This document shows, in pieces, positions 1 through 14,200 of a stretch of 64,000 bases of DNA (position 1 is the first letter of the stretch; each line of letters begins with the position of its first letter). Position numbers and translations under genes: made by a program. Origin of the DNA: Amoebophrya sp. A120 (taxonomy: Eukaryota > Protista > Dinoflagellata); assembly GCA_905178155.1 (NCBI GenBank), contig CAJINV010000001.1:11443571-11507570 (forward strand), in the 5' to 3' direction. The notes under the pieces are model-generated. The model worked only from the letters and a program-made list of their open reading frames with translations, was not told the origin of the DNA and searched no databases.

Positions 1-470
1 GAAAGGAGCTGCTCGGTGAGATTCTTGATTTCGTAGTAGGTGAAGCTGTGGATTTTGAGCAGGTTGCAAATCTCGTGGGGCATGTACTCCATAACCAGGC
101 AGAAAGTGCCCGCGAGACTCTCCTCAATCGTGCCGGGCCCACCGCCTGAAACCGATACGACTTCGTACACTTTCACGATGTTCGGGTGCTGCAGCTGCTG
201 TAAAATCGTGATCTCTCGCAACGCCTGCAGCGGAAAACCGGAGGTTTGCGATTTCACACACTTCAACTGCTTCAGTGCGACAATCTCGCGATTTCCGTAC
301 AGGCACTGTCCGCGAAAGACAATGCCGTACGTGCCTTCGGATATCTTGTGAATCTTCCGGTAACTCGTATCCAGACTTCGGCAGCCCTGGGCCAGCTGCA
401 CTCGTTGTGAGGGTGCGCTCGCGCCCGAAGAGGGCGCGGCGCTCAGTTGCTGCGGTGGAGGAGGGGGCAT
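1..470 (-). CDS. CDK11/CDK10-like cyclin-dependent kinase, 5' part (runs off the window start)
   Basis: Manual translation from ATG 470 (absent from the ORF track because it is open at the edge): MPPPPPQQ...QGCRSLDTSYRKIHKISEGTYGIVFRG...EIVALKQLK...GFPLQALREITILQQLQHPNIV...LVMEY. QGCRS, EGTYG and a PITSLRE-like helix (PLQALRE) are typical of CDK10/11. Confidence 0.85.
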   Translation of the reverse strand, partial: MPPPPPQQLSAAPSSGASAPSQRVQLAQGCRSLDTSYRKIHKISEGTYGIVFRGQCLYGNREIVALKQLKCVKSQTSGFPLQALREITILQQLQHPNIVKVYEVVSVSGGGPGTIEESLAGTFCLVMEYMPHEICNLLKIHSFTYYEIKNLTEQLL

Positions 471-1341
471 GGTCGGCGCAAAAAAACGGGGTCGTGGGGT
501 ACACGACGAATCTTCGCTAGTGTCGCCGTTTGTGGTCGTGAAACTCGAAAATGAAACTGGAAAAGGAGGAGGTGGAGGACAACATCTTAACTGACTCACA
601 TGAAATTAGCGTATTTGATACACGACAGCTAGGCAGCTACTAAGTACTAAGTAGCCGATACTACCACTCGATACAACTACCTAGTTTTTTTTCTAGTACT
701 ACGTCTACGCACTAGGGACGTATATAATATCCACCCGCGCAAAGTGGTGTCGTCGTTTCACAGGCTCTAGTCGTAGTCCCTGGACTCCTCGTCGTGCATA
801 AATATTCATACGAGGGTGCGCACGATACACAATCTAGCGCTAGCCACACGTACTAATAGACGCGGCGTGGGATCGTGGTGCAATTCCTTCGCGAATTGGA
901 TCTTGGTGAAATGCTAGTACATAGTGGTAATCGTTTTTCATGATCTCGAAATCGAAAATGATTGGTGCAATGATCGTTGCCTAGCAGTATTGAATACCAC
1001 CAATGATTGTCTTTAGCGATTCTGGTTTAGGCTGATTCTGAATAGACCACGACCAGCTACTTTCGCGTATGAAAAAAGCCATACAAGTACGAGAGATCAT
1101 GGCACAAAACGAACTTCGGACGATGTTATTTTTCGCTCTTTTTCTTAATTCTGCTGGGTTCGGAGAAATCAAATTTACTTTTCGTCACTGGTGATACTGA
1201 TACCGGGTCCGGGACTCCTTCAAAACAGAAATCAATAGTTTTCCTTGTCACACTGACACCACGCACACGACGCAGTCAGCGTAGGTCTACTTCAGGCTGC
1301 GGCCGCGTAGGTCTACTTCATCTTCAGAACTTCACCGAGCA

Positions 1342-4240
1342 CTACAATTTCGAAGTTGAATGTTTCGCCATCGTCTTGCGCTGAATGTCATGCAGCTGCA
1401 GAAACTCGGGCGATTGCGGGTGTGCGAACATTCGATAGTCGATCCCGCCGAATAAAGTGTCCTCTGCCCAGATCGCGTCCCTTTTGTGTTCGTGCAACAC
1501 GCCTATGAACGGCAGAAGTCGGTATTTCGTGACCGCATCGTTTCCGTAGCCCCCGATCTTTGAAAACGGATCTGCACCCAAGTCTTCCGGCAGCGCGTGG
1601 GCGTAGAGTGGGAGCTCCGGGGTCGGATAACCCAGAAGGACTGTGTTTTTATTCTGAAGTGCCGCCGTATTTCCGATCAGCCTCATGTCCTCCGCTCGGG
1701 GAGTCAGCAACGCGGCACAGGTAATGGACGAAACCCCGCGTTTTCCGAGAAGTTCGCACAGTAACCGCATGCTCCGCCCGCGACCCACGGAGTCGTCGAG
1801 CAGGATCACATCGCGACCAGCTACGTTCGTCTGCAGGTCCATCAGGAACGCGGAATGCGACCCTTCGATTCCCGCGGTGATGGATTGCTTGTTGTAGGTG
1901 CTCACGCGGACCCAATCAGGCTCCAGCATTTTTTTCTCCTCGAACAACACAATCCGCAGCACGTCTGCGTGCACGAAGAAGCCGGCGCGGAGGACACACA
2001 CGAGAACCGGTCTCTTTGCATTCAGCACCGCAATCTCGCCGCTCTTCTTCTTGTCTGCGATTCTTTGCGTCACCTTCGCCGCGAGGCTTCTCGAGGCCGT
2101 TTGCAGCTCCGCTTCGGAGAAAATCACTTTCGAGAAGTCTGCTTTGTGGTAGTTGTGGTCAGCGCCTTTTGTATGTGATGTGAGAGCACCGGCGATCTCC
2201 TGGTCTTGTTGTGTCGCGATGCTCGTCAGGCACAAGTGCGCTCGCCAGGTCCAATTCAAAATCTCCAGCTCTAACTCTTCGTGCGCCACCGACGGTCGCT
2301 GTTTTGGGAGCTTGAAGTGCGGAAAAAGGCAAATGGGCTCCACATCATCGTCGTCGCGTACGAAGGAACTGGCCGAAGATTTTGTCCTGCTTTTCGTACC
2401 TTTCGACGAAGCAGCGTCGATACTTGCTGCGGATGTGCTCTCCTGCTTCTCCGCTCCGAAAAGACTGACGAGGCGAATGGTTCGCGCCCCCAATGATTCA
2501 CGCAGAGAGTGCGCGAGCTCCGTTGGATCAGTGATGTGACCCGGCATGCTGCCTAAAATTACCACCACGTCGCGGTGTCGCCATTTCGCGGGATGCTCTC
2601 GTAGATCAATGCTTGCCTTTTCTTGCTCCGCGTTTCTGACTTGCGGCATGACGTCTTGAAGGCTTTCCAGGAAAGAGATGTCGGACTGGACCCCGATCCT
2701 CCCGACTTCGCGCATCCATGTTCGACTTGTATACACTTGCACCACCAAGCCAACAACGTGCGACAGCACAGCTTGTGCTTGTGCATCGCCCGGGATATTA
2801 TGATGATCATCTGCATTTCTACAACTACAACCTCGTTATAAAATATAAACACAAAGATAGAGATTGGCATGTTCGTAAGGTAGCTTCGAGATGAAAAACA
2901 TCGTGTCGAGAAAAGCCGACAAATTTCTGTTCCCAGTCTGCGCTGCTGGTGTGAGTTGCAAGTGTGGGTTTTATTACTGCATACAAGATCGGCGGCGAAA
3001 GCGAAGGCAAACCGGTCATCTCGCAGAACGGGAGCGAAGACCGGTACCGAGCGCCGGTAGTAGAATTTCGACAAGGCAGACGCTGTTTTCGTGATCTTGT
3101 GCGCCAGCAATAGCGGATTGCAGCGCAGTGTCTCGCGGAGGTCCGTCGTAAGGATTTCCTTTTTCTCCATCAGGGCCTTGACGCGTGCTTCGTAGACTTT
3201 TTCGATGACAGAACCTTCATACCCCCTTATTCGGCCCTCATCGACTGCTTGGGGCAAGAATTTCTTGGATAGCACAGGCGAGCCGTACCGCACTGGGGCT
3301 AGAACCGCTGCTGGGGTGAGACCTGGCACGCCCATGGCCTGCTTCGCCTGGACGCAGAGAATGCGCGAGGAAACTTCGTCTTTGACCCGTTTCAAGGCCA
3401 GCAGGTCTGCGGCGACGATTTCAAACTCGACGGTTTGTTCTTGGTGAACCAGGTAGCGTGCAATGTCGGCCAGAGTGGCTTTAACTACTTCTTGTGGAAC
3501 GAGAACAGAGCTGTCGGTGGATGTTGATGAAGCCGTTTCTTTAAGAAGTACAAACGCGGAAACGTACTGCAGCAGGCCCTCGTCTTCCAAAAGTTGTAGC
3601 ACATTGTAAGGAGTTCTCGGAAGTGCAGCTGCAGCGGCGCTGTTTGCTTCTTCTTGTGAAGATGATGAAGCCTTGTTGAGAGGCAATGCAGAGGACATTA
3701 AACCGCGACCTGTAGAAGTGAACATCGCTTTCAGACGTCCGCTACCGCTGACAACCTGCAACTGCGGCGGGTTCGCTGCCTTCTTTTCGTCATCGCCATC
3801 CGGATCATCTCGCGCTATGACGATTTTGATTCCCCGCTGCGCGAGCTCGCGGAAAATGGGACCAACGTCTCCAAACACACGGCCGCTATCCCCACAAAAC
3901 AAGGTATTGCTTCTTCCCGAGAAAACCACGACGGCCGGCGCTCCGGGCGGACGAAATTGCAGCTGCGACACAGACGAAGAAGTACCAGAATGAGCTGCAG
4001 GTCGTGGTCCAGACACCATCTTGTGATGCGAAAACAAGTCTAAGCTGCACTTGTATTGGTATGCTTTGTCGAAGAGACGAAACGCACGACAGTGAATGCG
4101 GGGGAGATACTTCTTGTTCGTAGGAAAGACACCTGAAGGAGAAAACACTCACAATCCCCAAGACTGCAAAACCATAACCCGCACCTGTGACGATTCACAC
4201 CAACTGCTATAATCACACCCCACTCAGCTGGTTTGCGCAT
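1342..4240 (-). CDS. Multi-exon protein: degenerate HAD-like N-terminus plus tandem type I phosphoribosyltransferase (HPRT-like) domains
   Basis: The C-terminal part of ORF 1342-2769 has HPRT motifs VLVCVLRAGFFVHAD, RVSTY, GRDVILLDDSVGRGRS, GYGND and YRLLPFIG. ORF 2559-4148 supplies the upstream exon, with an AT-rich intron at about 2770-2960. The start position is uncertain. Confidence 0.7.
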
Positions 4241-4539
4241 CTCTCATCTGGCACGCTCACGCAATAAGAAAACGGTTTGAGGAAACACAATGGGCCGACC
4301 TTTTGCGTTTGCTATACCTATACGTTCGGTATGTTGCCATACGTTCAGCACATTACGTAGTTCATGAAGAACCCGAGAATTTTCTCTAGTACTGTTGCAA
4401 ACGTTCTCGACTTGGACTTGTCTTCGCGTAGGAATCCGACGGCGGGAACCTCATCCATTTCCATGAGCAATCATTGCCTTTGCGATATATCACAAGTCAC
4501 GTGTCTTGAGTAAGTAGTTTTTCTTTTTACCATACAGCC

Positions 4540-5430
4540 TCACACAGAATTTCCCCCTGGTCTTTCGGCGGAGAGGGCTGATGGCCTCGAGCCGAGACCA
4601 GGTTGCGGTGCGCCCGCGGGTGCTCCCCCTGCGTCGTCGTTGAATCTGGCGTGGCCCTGGCCGTCGCGGTTGCCCCCGGGACAGCAGCCCGGACATGTTG
4701 ATTGTTGAATCTGCATGAGCCCCAGCCCGCAAAAGAGGATCCCGAGGAGAATGTACATGACACTCCAGAAGGTACTCGCGTACTCCAAATCGACACAGAA
4801 TATCATCGTGCCGACCCAGAGAATGAAACCGCCCTTGCCGCAGCCGGAGCCGAGAAATGCGGCCTTCTCGTACAATCTTCGCTGCATACCTCCGCACCAT
4901 CCCTCCTTGCCCTCCAGGATAATGATGATGATCGCGAAAATGAAGTTGTACAGGTTTATCAGCAGCCTGATTGCGATTGGATGATTTTGTTTTTCAGTAT
5001 AGAATACGGACAGACTGTCAACATTTTCAGGAGTTCCAAGAAAAGAAAAAGCTGAAAAGAAAGAACCCAACATGGCGAAAAAGTGTGAGCGGCCGTACTA
5101 GCATGATTAGCAAACAACAAAAATTCAGAAATAATACTGTCCTGGCTTGAAGACTGCGAAGACACTGATGAAACCTATGAAGGAAAACAGTGCGAGAAGC
5201 GTGGCTCCCACCAGCAGGGCTACGCGCAGGCTTGTTGGATTTTCTTCCACATATAGTTTCAACTCGATTATGCCGCTTTTTGCCTTTTGTGCCGCGCCCT
5301 GGGCTGCGTTCGCGGCGTAATCTGTGTTGCATAGTTTCAGAGTGTCTAGTTGTTCATTAATTTTGGAATGATTATTGCCAGCGAGCGGTGGCCACAGTTT
5401 CAAACACTTTTGGTAGGAGAAGTACACATT
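4540..5430 (-). CDS. Small multi-pass membrane protein, COPI-associated/TVP15-like (multi-exon)
   Basis: Hydrophobic exons in ORFs 5125-5427 and 4540-5073 give about 4 TM segments and a YNFIFAIIIIILE...AAFL...GKGGFILWVG pattern resembling the COPI-associated family. The 5' end is uncertain. Confidence 0.5.
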
Positions 5431-6328
5431 CCAATCATGCGTCGAAAAAAAAGAACGTAAGTACTTCGCCCGACGCGCTGCGCATATGGATTCGTTGCGA
5501 GGTTTTGAGCAGCCGATCCAGACATCGTCCTGTTACAAAAACCTCTTCAGTATGTTGAGTGTCGTGACGCAGGTAGAAGTGCTGCAATCTTCCCAGCAGC
5601 AACCACGTTGCACTACCAGCCTTCCGTGTCCGTGACCAGGCTCCGCATCGCAATTGATTCGCAGACACAGCAAAGGAGGGTGTGCTCAAACTCGACGCGA
5701 GCTGTCGACGAGCGGAAGAAAAACCAAACGACAATGAGTCTATGCTTCAATCTTGCCTTTCCTGAGCTGTACTCAAAGTTTGTGCAACGACAACCAGTAG
5801 GAAAACGAACAGGAGTGTGCAAGAAACAAATGGTGTGTGTAAAAAAATTTAGCTTTGAGTTTGATTTTGAAATGGCAGGAACGTAAAAGAAAACTAGTGA
5901 GAATCGATACAAATACACAAAATTAAGCGGGATATTTCGTGTGAAGCAACGGGGGGACTGGCTTGACTTTGAAGAAATAAAAGACCAATAGCTAATTTCA
6001 TCCTTTACACGACACATTGCATCGACCGACCTGATTCGCCTGTCTGTGAGATGACGGCATGATGTCATCAAAATCTCACGAATCTTCGTTGCATGCTCAA
6101 ATGCTTCAATTTCGAAAATCGTTGCAGCCTTTTTACGCCACACTGCACTTGGGATACAAGTTCAAGTTTTGGTCCTGTTCCTGTCTCAACTTTACCATCG
6201 TAAACAGCTCTACTTTAGTGGGAAAAGAAAATGGGTCTCGTCGGCACCGCTCCGGGTCCCAGTCGCTTGAAACTGAACCACATAAAGAATCCTGAACGCG
6301 TAATCCTGAACGCGTCCTGCATCTATCC

Positions 6329-7284
6329 TCACGCTTCGTTGTCGGCAGCCTGCTGCCACGCGGGCTGGGCGTTCGCGACAGACTCGGCTACCTTGTAGTA
6401 CCGCTGTGCCTGGCTCTTTTTCGCGTTCGCCTCGGCCAAAGTGCGGTGCGCCCACACCATCGCGCCTTCCGGATTCGGAACTTCCCGCTTGCTGGCCCGC
6501 TCCGCCTCGAAGCGTGCCTTGCGCAGCAATTTTTTCGCGTCGGTCATCTGCTGCACCGCCATGCCGGAGTACGTACTTGCCACCTCGCTGGCCCGGTCGG
6601 CCATCCCCTGCAGGTACTTTGCGTAGTCTGACTTCGAGGTCTGCGGCGGCCCCGCGCTCTTCTTCGCCAGCTCCTGCTTCTCCGCGAGCGCGCTCTCCTG
6701 CTCCTTGTACCAGGCCTCGCCCGCAGCGCGAATCGCTTTCACCGCACCCTCTGCTTTAGCCTTGGCCTTTGCCGCCCTGACAGGTGATTGGTTTGACTAC
6801 AGATCCCGCTTTCAGTCTCGATCTCGAGCCCGATTAACAACGAAGAACAACTTCTCTGTTTCAAGAAAAAAACGAAGACAACGCACAGAAGCGACATCAA
6901 TATCATTTCAGTCAGAAAGAAATACGCCTCTTCCTTGCTGGACTCTGCGACTTTTTTCGCGTCCAGCACGAGCGCTTTCGCCTTCGCTTCACTCGCCTCG
7001 GCAGCCGCAACCAGCGGGGCGAGAGCATCGGACACTGCTTGCTGCTTCCCGACGGAAGCTTTTGCAGTGTCGACGCTCTTCTGCATGATTTGCAGCGCAG
7101 TGTTAACTTTCGCTAGTGTGGAGTCGTGCCAAGCAGCAGCGCGCTCTTCATCATTGAGAAGATGTGACGGGTCGTGCATGTAGTCCGTGTCAATCGAGGA
7201 CGTTATCGCGCGCGAGACAACTCCTGGAAGGGTGCAGGCAAAAAAGGCAGCCCACGCCCTCGGAACCCGAATCGATGCTGCCAT
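6329..7284 (-). CDS. Hypothetical Ala-rich coiled-coil protein with a possible signal peptide (2 exons)
   Basis: GC-rich ORF segments 7284-~6930 (MAASIRVPRAWAAFFACTLPG...) and ~6780-6329 are separated by an AT-rich intron. The composition is heptad-like A/K/E/Q. Confidence 0.55.
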
Positions 7285-8039
7285 CCCGCCCTGCACTCTT
7301 GCTTGGAGTTCTCCGTGGACTGCGCTTTGCTGTTGAGGCCATCTTTTGCGTTTGACCTTCATGGTCTTTTCGCAGCCTCTCCCCCTTCTATGTTTGTGTT
7401 CATTACGCTCGACGGTGTTGCCATGCGTCATTCCACTGCAGAACCACTCTCTACTCTCTTTTGTCTCTTGCTTTCGTCCGCAAGACTGAGACAGAACACT
7501 TCAAATAAGCAACTGCATTCTTCCAAGCCCGCCGAGAGAGCGAGCGGATGCCACGACATCCCCTTTATTGGTTTCGTCATTCATTGTCTTGTGCGCTCGA
7601 GCAGTTTGATACATGACAACTACGTGGCGTCCACGTTTTATCGCGATGACATTCTTGTTGTGGCCGTGACATCGAAACTGTGTACTACCTTTAACTTGTT
7701 GAACGTGACAAAAATAAATGTTTGTTTTGGAAGATCTTCATTTTCCTCATTTGTACATTTATGTGACTTATGGGTTTCAGAGTTTCCAGCAAAATTCAAA
7801 GTTCTAGTCCGCATCTTCTGCTTCACTAATTCTTTTTTTCTTCTTCAGGTGTAGGTAAAGTCTTCAATTAGAATTTCTGGTGTCATTTTTTAGCGGTAGT
7901 GTACGTAGTAGACAAAAACTCTTTTCTCGTCGGAAGATCGATTTCTTAATCGAAGAAAACGGCACAACTCCGACCGTAGACGTAGTTTAAAGCAGGCCCT
8001 CCCATTTTGCACGCCAGAAGCCGCGAAGATCAACTCTTG

Positions 8040-9070
8040 CTACACCATTGTAGTTCGCAAGTTTTGCTCCGAAAGCACTCGCGGCATCTCGGATTTGACG
8101 TCAAACTTCTGTGCGGACCAGCGATTTTCGGTGTGACTTGGGAGCCAGCTGGATATCCCACCGGGGTAGCGGACGGGTAGCATGTTGCACCCGTACTTGT
8201 TCAACTTCCAATTCGTGCCCACAGGAAAGCGACCCGGCGCACTGTGTCGAGGTTATTTTTTATCTAGAGGGTGAAACGAGAACAACAACCGGACAGAACG
8301 AACGATCCGCGTGTGAAATGAAAGTGAAACGGAACGGAAGTACTTGAAAACAAAACCATATCATGTTTTTCTTTTTCAGGTGTGCCAACTCAGGGTCGGT
8401 AGTCGTACCACTACATGCACAAGAAGAAAGTTGCATTATATGTCAGACAGGAACAAGTAGCGCAATACAGTCTGCTGTCGTTGACTCGGTACACCACCGG
8501 CGGTGCCCGCGAGGAGAAATTGATCACTTTGTTCTTATTGCTGGTGGGCATGTGTCGGCGCTGTGCGTCCTCCGCAAAACACTCTTGTCTAGAGTGGAAG
8601 TGGTCGGCGTCCCTGGAGTGGCGGAACCCGAATCTCTGCCCCGGGCCTGTCCAGGTAGCGAGAAAATCCGGCCCCGATTTGGTGGGCAGCGAGTGTCTGC
8701 TTGCAGTGGGGCCGTGCGAACCGCAATCGGACTCGGACATCCACGCCCGATTTCCGAAGGTGTTGTTCCGCTCTTCCAGGACCCTGGACACGGAGTGGTC
8801 AATCTCGCGGGAGTCGTACGGAAGTTTGCTGCGTATCGTCGATCTTAAACTGCCCATACTGTCGCTCTTCATGGTGCTGGAAAAACTCGTCTCCGGTTGG
8901 GGAAGAAACTCGTCCTGCGGCCGGTACGGCTGCTTCCCCGCCGGCGCCGCGTGGTCGGCATACATAATGTTGAGTCCTCTTTTGTTTCTTAGCAGTGGCA
9001 CTACTAAAACGGGCGACGCAGTAACTGTAAATGTTTTCTCTCTTGACTTTGACAGGTCTGCTCCAGGCAC
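8040..9070 (-). CDS. Hypothetical protein (multi-exon, boundaries uncertain)
   Basis: GC-rich exon-like core 8480-8960 lies within ORF 8411-9070, with a probable last exon at 8040-8220. No family recognised. Confidence 0.4.
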
Positions 9071-11239
9071 GTTTTACATACAGCATTTCTTTGCTGAAGC
9101 CACGGCTCCGAATAACACCAAAAGCAAAAAACTAAGAATAAGTACAAACAGAAACACGTGGCTACCCATGTTGACGATTGTAAACCGAAGGTGGACCCAT
9201 CAAAAACACGGACGCCCCTTCTATACTCTTGGCTGGAGTCTGTCAGGGGCATCTGAGCAGCCAGAACCGATCATAATATCCACGATCACGACCCGCTAAC
9301 CAATGTGTTCGACACGGACGATCATCGCTTGCCGAAGCAGAAAAGAGCAGCACATCAAAAACGAGATCGCGAAATGCTAACCGATAAAGATAATGCAGGA
9401 GCACTAACCGATGACTGGTTTGTGGTTTCTGCTGCAAGAACTTCAACAAAAAAACAATCCGCGAAGCAAGAGCGTTGACAAGGAGTATCTGAGCCCCAAA
9501 CTTCATCAATTTCTCTTAAGAGGGAAGCACAAGTCTGAAGCACTTATATTTTTTCAATTTCAGCAGGCGACGGCAACCACTTCACCAATAATCTGTTCTT
9601 GAAAATCATGTGCTTCGTGTTTACTACAGAAGACCTTTCGGCTACTAAAGTGTGAGCAGAGCCGGAAGTTGACTGCTGTTCATCAGCATCGACGACCACA
9701 TCACGCCACCAGCTTTACACGCCTCACCAAGACCCCTCGTTGGATCTTGTCGAGCGTATGGCCCATGTAGGGGGCCCGCCCGTTCGGGAATTCCGCACAG
9801 TATTTGTAAATCCACGAGGGATTTTTCGAGCTTCAGCTGGTAGGATTTTTCGAGGCCAAGTCGTTACCGTCGTGTTTATCACAGGGACCAAGAGAGCATG
9901 GGGTGGCAATAAATAAGACATCTCTAGGTCCTTAGTATCATACATCTTAACTCACATAATAAGTTGGTGAATTTCTCCTGATTAGCTTCGAAACCAGCAA
10001 AATTGTTGGTCTATATCAAAAGCTGCACATCAAAAAAGCATCAATATCTACAGTGGAAGGAGTGGCTAGATGCAACGGCATTATTCAAACAAAATTATAC
10101 ATTCAAAACACAAAAAAAATCTGGTGAAACCCTGTTTGTTTGTACGAACTACAAACCTTTACCTTATGCTCCACGTTTCTCGCTGATCTGGTTGACGAAA
10201 AAAGCTGTTAAAATACTGAAAAAGTGTTCGCGATCTGTTGCTCGAGCCTCACGGAACTGGAACAACTCGCATTGTATTTTTACAAGCATATCTTGTCCGG
10301 AAAAGAAGACTTTATCGTACCTTGATCTTTATCCTGCGATCTTCCGTAGGTATACAATTAGATAAAAATTTTCAGTTTGCAGCTCGTGTTTGCGTTTCAA
10401 AGAAGTTCGAGGCTTTAGCTCAACAAGCTCGTCTTTGCGACTAGATATTCTTTTCGATCCAAATTCAGAACAAATCCTCTTTCGCACAGCAGTTACTAAC
10501 TGATTCTCACCCACTGACAGGCATCGTTTCCGTCCGAGCAGGACCAGCTGGCACAACAAGTCACTGCTGGGCAATTACACTTTACTTAGGCTGCAGAGAC
10601 TAGCTACATGAGCGATTGATTTTTATTTCTGGCAGTCTCGGTTTTCGAAGCTCACGGACTTTCCCTAGTGTCGGTTTCAAATCGTACAGAATGGTAGAAA
10701 GAAAAATCTGTTGACGCTGATAAATTTGTTCGCTTTGCAGGGTTGCTCAGGGTCAATGAAGCAAAGCTCATACGCAGAGAAAATCTCTGTCAGCTTTAGT
10801 CACTGATAGTCCCACGTCGCTCGTCAACGTCGGGAAGCAGCATGGGCTCAAGGAGGGGCTTGAAAGCGGCGATGATCCTTGGGTCGGTTCTGGCGTTAAA
10901 GGACCATATGCAGGAATAAAGAGTGGATGACGACAGGGATACACGATATGACGAAAAATTTCCGCACCAGTGCGACACATATTGTTGGATCAGACTAAAT
11001 GTTCAGGCCCAGGCCCGCGGCCGGGTCGCATTTTCACAAAACAACAACAGTACTCGCAGGGTGTTCAGATGAAATGCGACTATCAATACCCAGTATCTGA
11101 GTCACAATATACATCAACGATGCGCACGTCTACACGAAGCGCTCACAAGGCTTGCCTAATCGTCATCCTACTCCTAGTTCATTTCCGTAATCTTCTGCGA
11201 ATATCTGTAACTGATGCCCTCTTGACCGCGAAATGACGA

Positions 11240-14200
11240 GCAAAACCGGAGAGGATTAGCGCCTTTGTCCGTCACTGCGTGAAGGCGCGTCCGGATCCAG
11301 TTCCAGCGGAAATGCAGGTACGACCATGCAGCGCCCTTCCCGGTTGAGTGCTTGCGCCAAAATGTAGCGCGTTTGCGAAAATCTATCTGAAAGTAATGGT
11401 GCCACATCGGATGTAGGCAAGATTTAGGCTCCTTTCCAAAGCGGTAGGGGTAGTTTTTACGCCCTAGCTGACCCTCTGGCCACGCACTCGGCATTTGATC
11501 GACATTTGCATCGGTGTTCAAGCAATAACCTGTTTGTGAACAATTCTAATGCATTTGGAGGAATGCAATCTTCTTTCAGATGAAAATAGTACCCGCATCA
11601 ATCCAAGGAAAACAAAACACACGATGAGAAGGATAACGGACGAGGCCGCCATTCATCTGGCGATGAAATCTATTTTCTAGAACTTCTAGCTACTGTAGCG
11701 AAATACTCCCGAGTAACAACAGAAAACTCATCGTGTCATGGTCAAATGGGTACCGTATGGCGCTAAAAATCCGCCGGCCCCAAACTCGAAGATTTGCTCC
11801 TGTGCTTGAAACAGGTACTGCGTGACCATACCTAAGCGGCATCGCTCCTCCCGAAGAGCACGATGCCGCAGTGACAGCGATTCGACCCCGTCGGCAGACG
11901 GTAAAGGCCCACTCGTTGGCACTGAGCGATCAACGGGATCGTCCCATACAACAAGGCTTGATCCGGTGCCTTTCGTGTCCGCATCCCCAGGCCGCTTCCG
12001 CCGTTCATGAAACTTTTATGAAAGGGAAATCCCGTCAGCGACTGTCGTTTTCTCATGCGCAACAACATCATCCCGATGTTGAAAGTTTCACATTTTAAAG
12101 ACAAGAGGTCATGTGCAACGATTCGAAGCCATGGGTACGCGCAATTTCACTGTCTCGGTCCGTCGAATCACTGCCTGAGGACAAATAAAATACTTCATAC
12201 TATAAACACCAGTCGACATATTGTCGTACGCTAGACAGCTTTTTGTGATTGTGGTACACATTTACTCAGTGTCCATCTTGAAACTCGGCCTCATCATTAA
12301 GTCTGAAAAGGCGAGCGCAGCAGTGGCGCCAAGGATTTCAAATCGATAAGAAGTCCCAGACCTCCGCGAAAAAACGTGTATCATCTGCCACACATCCACC
12401 GCTCAGGCGCCTTTCGCTGTACAAGTTCGCTTCTACAACCGGCCAACGGAAGCTCAACACCTTTAAGGCTCTGAGTGGAGCATTGAGGCTGCAAAATGGC
12501 ATCAAAGCCATAATTGTTCGCACCTGTAGATGTGAGTGTACAAACAGTTGCTCATGTTCTTGGTGTCGATACTTAGTGATAGTCGACAAGCTCTCATACT
12601 GTAATTAAAGCAGGTCCGTCACTCGTCAACAACATCTGTGCAGCCTCAGCCACTTTCATCTATTTCTATTTCTATGTATAGTATTCCTAACATGCCAGCC
12701 CTTGGGAGATTTCAGAGATAAACGCAGTAAAGTAACTTTTACCGCCCATGTGTCGGGATCGAAAACCTGTCCGGATTCCGGATGTGACATTCCTCCTTCT
12801 ATTGCGCTTTGATTCGCTTCCTCCAGATGGTCTCGCCCAAAGTCGATTTCCGCGCTCCAGTAATCGCGTGGCCTTTTATCGCGGACCTTTTCTTTTAGAA
12901 ACCGCAAAAACAAATTTTCACAGCTGAGGCCCTGCTCTTGTCGAGTTTCGAGCGGAGCAGCAGGTGCCTCAAACGGCTCTGTGCTGCCCCCTCCTTCCTC
13001 ATTCAGTCTTGGCTGCGTGCTCTGCGATGATGGTGTTCTGATGGCCGGAGGAGGGACGTATCGCGCAGTGCTGCTGGACGAACCGCCCCCACTAGCGCTA
13101 CCAACCCTTGCAATGGTGTACGCATCTTGTTCGGCTTCCGCTAGAAGAGATGCACTGTCTGGAACTTCTACAGGCGGCAGATCGTCAAGGAAGTCATTTT
13201 CCGGCAAGGGGGGCTCCGGCTCGTCTCTGTCATGTATTCCTGCCTCTGGCTCATTCTCTCCTTCCCCGTCCTCAGGTTCACTTGGGCACACACTGCTCGC
13301 AGCTGAGCTGTGGCTATGCCGTCTGCTCGAATCGCTTCGACTATCCGAATCAGAGACGCCTTCTCTCCCATCGCAGTCGGATTGGTTGCCAGAGTAGCGG
13401 TCCTGCTCGTCGTCTCGTCCTCTCTCCGCAGCCGCAGCTGATGAAACCTGTGATCGCAAGCTCCTCTGGACACTCATTGCATCAGTATCCACTTCTCGCT
13501 CATCACCAGCACCACGCGCGGGGGCGCTTATAGCGTCGGTGACCCTAGCTCCTTCAGTTGCACCATCTGTGCCGGTGTTTCTACTTTGAGCCGTAGCGGC
13601 GGTGCCCGAACTACCGACCTGTTCTTGCGGTCGCGCATCGACTAGTCCGGCGCCTTGATTTTCGTTTGCGACCGAGGACGCACGGGCGTCCGAACCCTGT
13701 TGCGCGATGTCTCCTGTAGTCCTCGTCCTTTCTCCTCGTTCGGCTCCTCGCATCGTGCCTCCATTCGCGACAAGGGAACCGGAATCCGCATGGCCGACTC
13801 CTCGTTCCACCGATCTGCCCTCCTGGTTGCCGCCAGCACGACCCCTTCCTGCCGTTTCATTGTCGGTCTCTGCCGCGCCGTAGTCTACCGTCGAGGCAGC
13901 ACTACCTGTTGGCACCGCTCCCGCCGCTCCTCCATTGCCAGCAGTTGCACTTACTTCGACGCTGGTCATATTGCCGGATGGCGCTTCGCTCCCAGCCCCA
14001 CCTCCTGATATGGGTGGCGATTCACCGCCAACGTCGTCTCGTTCTTCTCCATAAGAAGATCCTGCGCCAGCTTCTGCACCGCTCCCCGGACGCGCTGCCC
14101 CCTCCATTTGTGACGCATCTGAAATACTTCCAGTTTGATTATTGCCGCCTGATGTCCGTTGCGATTGCTGCTCCTGTGCACCAGAATTGCCAGTCGCAGC

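Noticed and set aside
600-960. TAG/CTA-rich stretch as an RNA gene or repeat
   Set aside because: No periodicity, tRNA or snRNA features; most likely the upstream intergenic region of the CDK gene.
1279-1320. Short direct repeats: 16 bp at 1279/1305, also 14 bp at 6288/6302, 19 bp at 40496/40531 and 22 bp at 55445/55468
   Set aside because: Two-copy local duplications consistent with slippage; no associated element structure.
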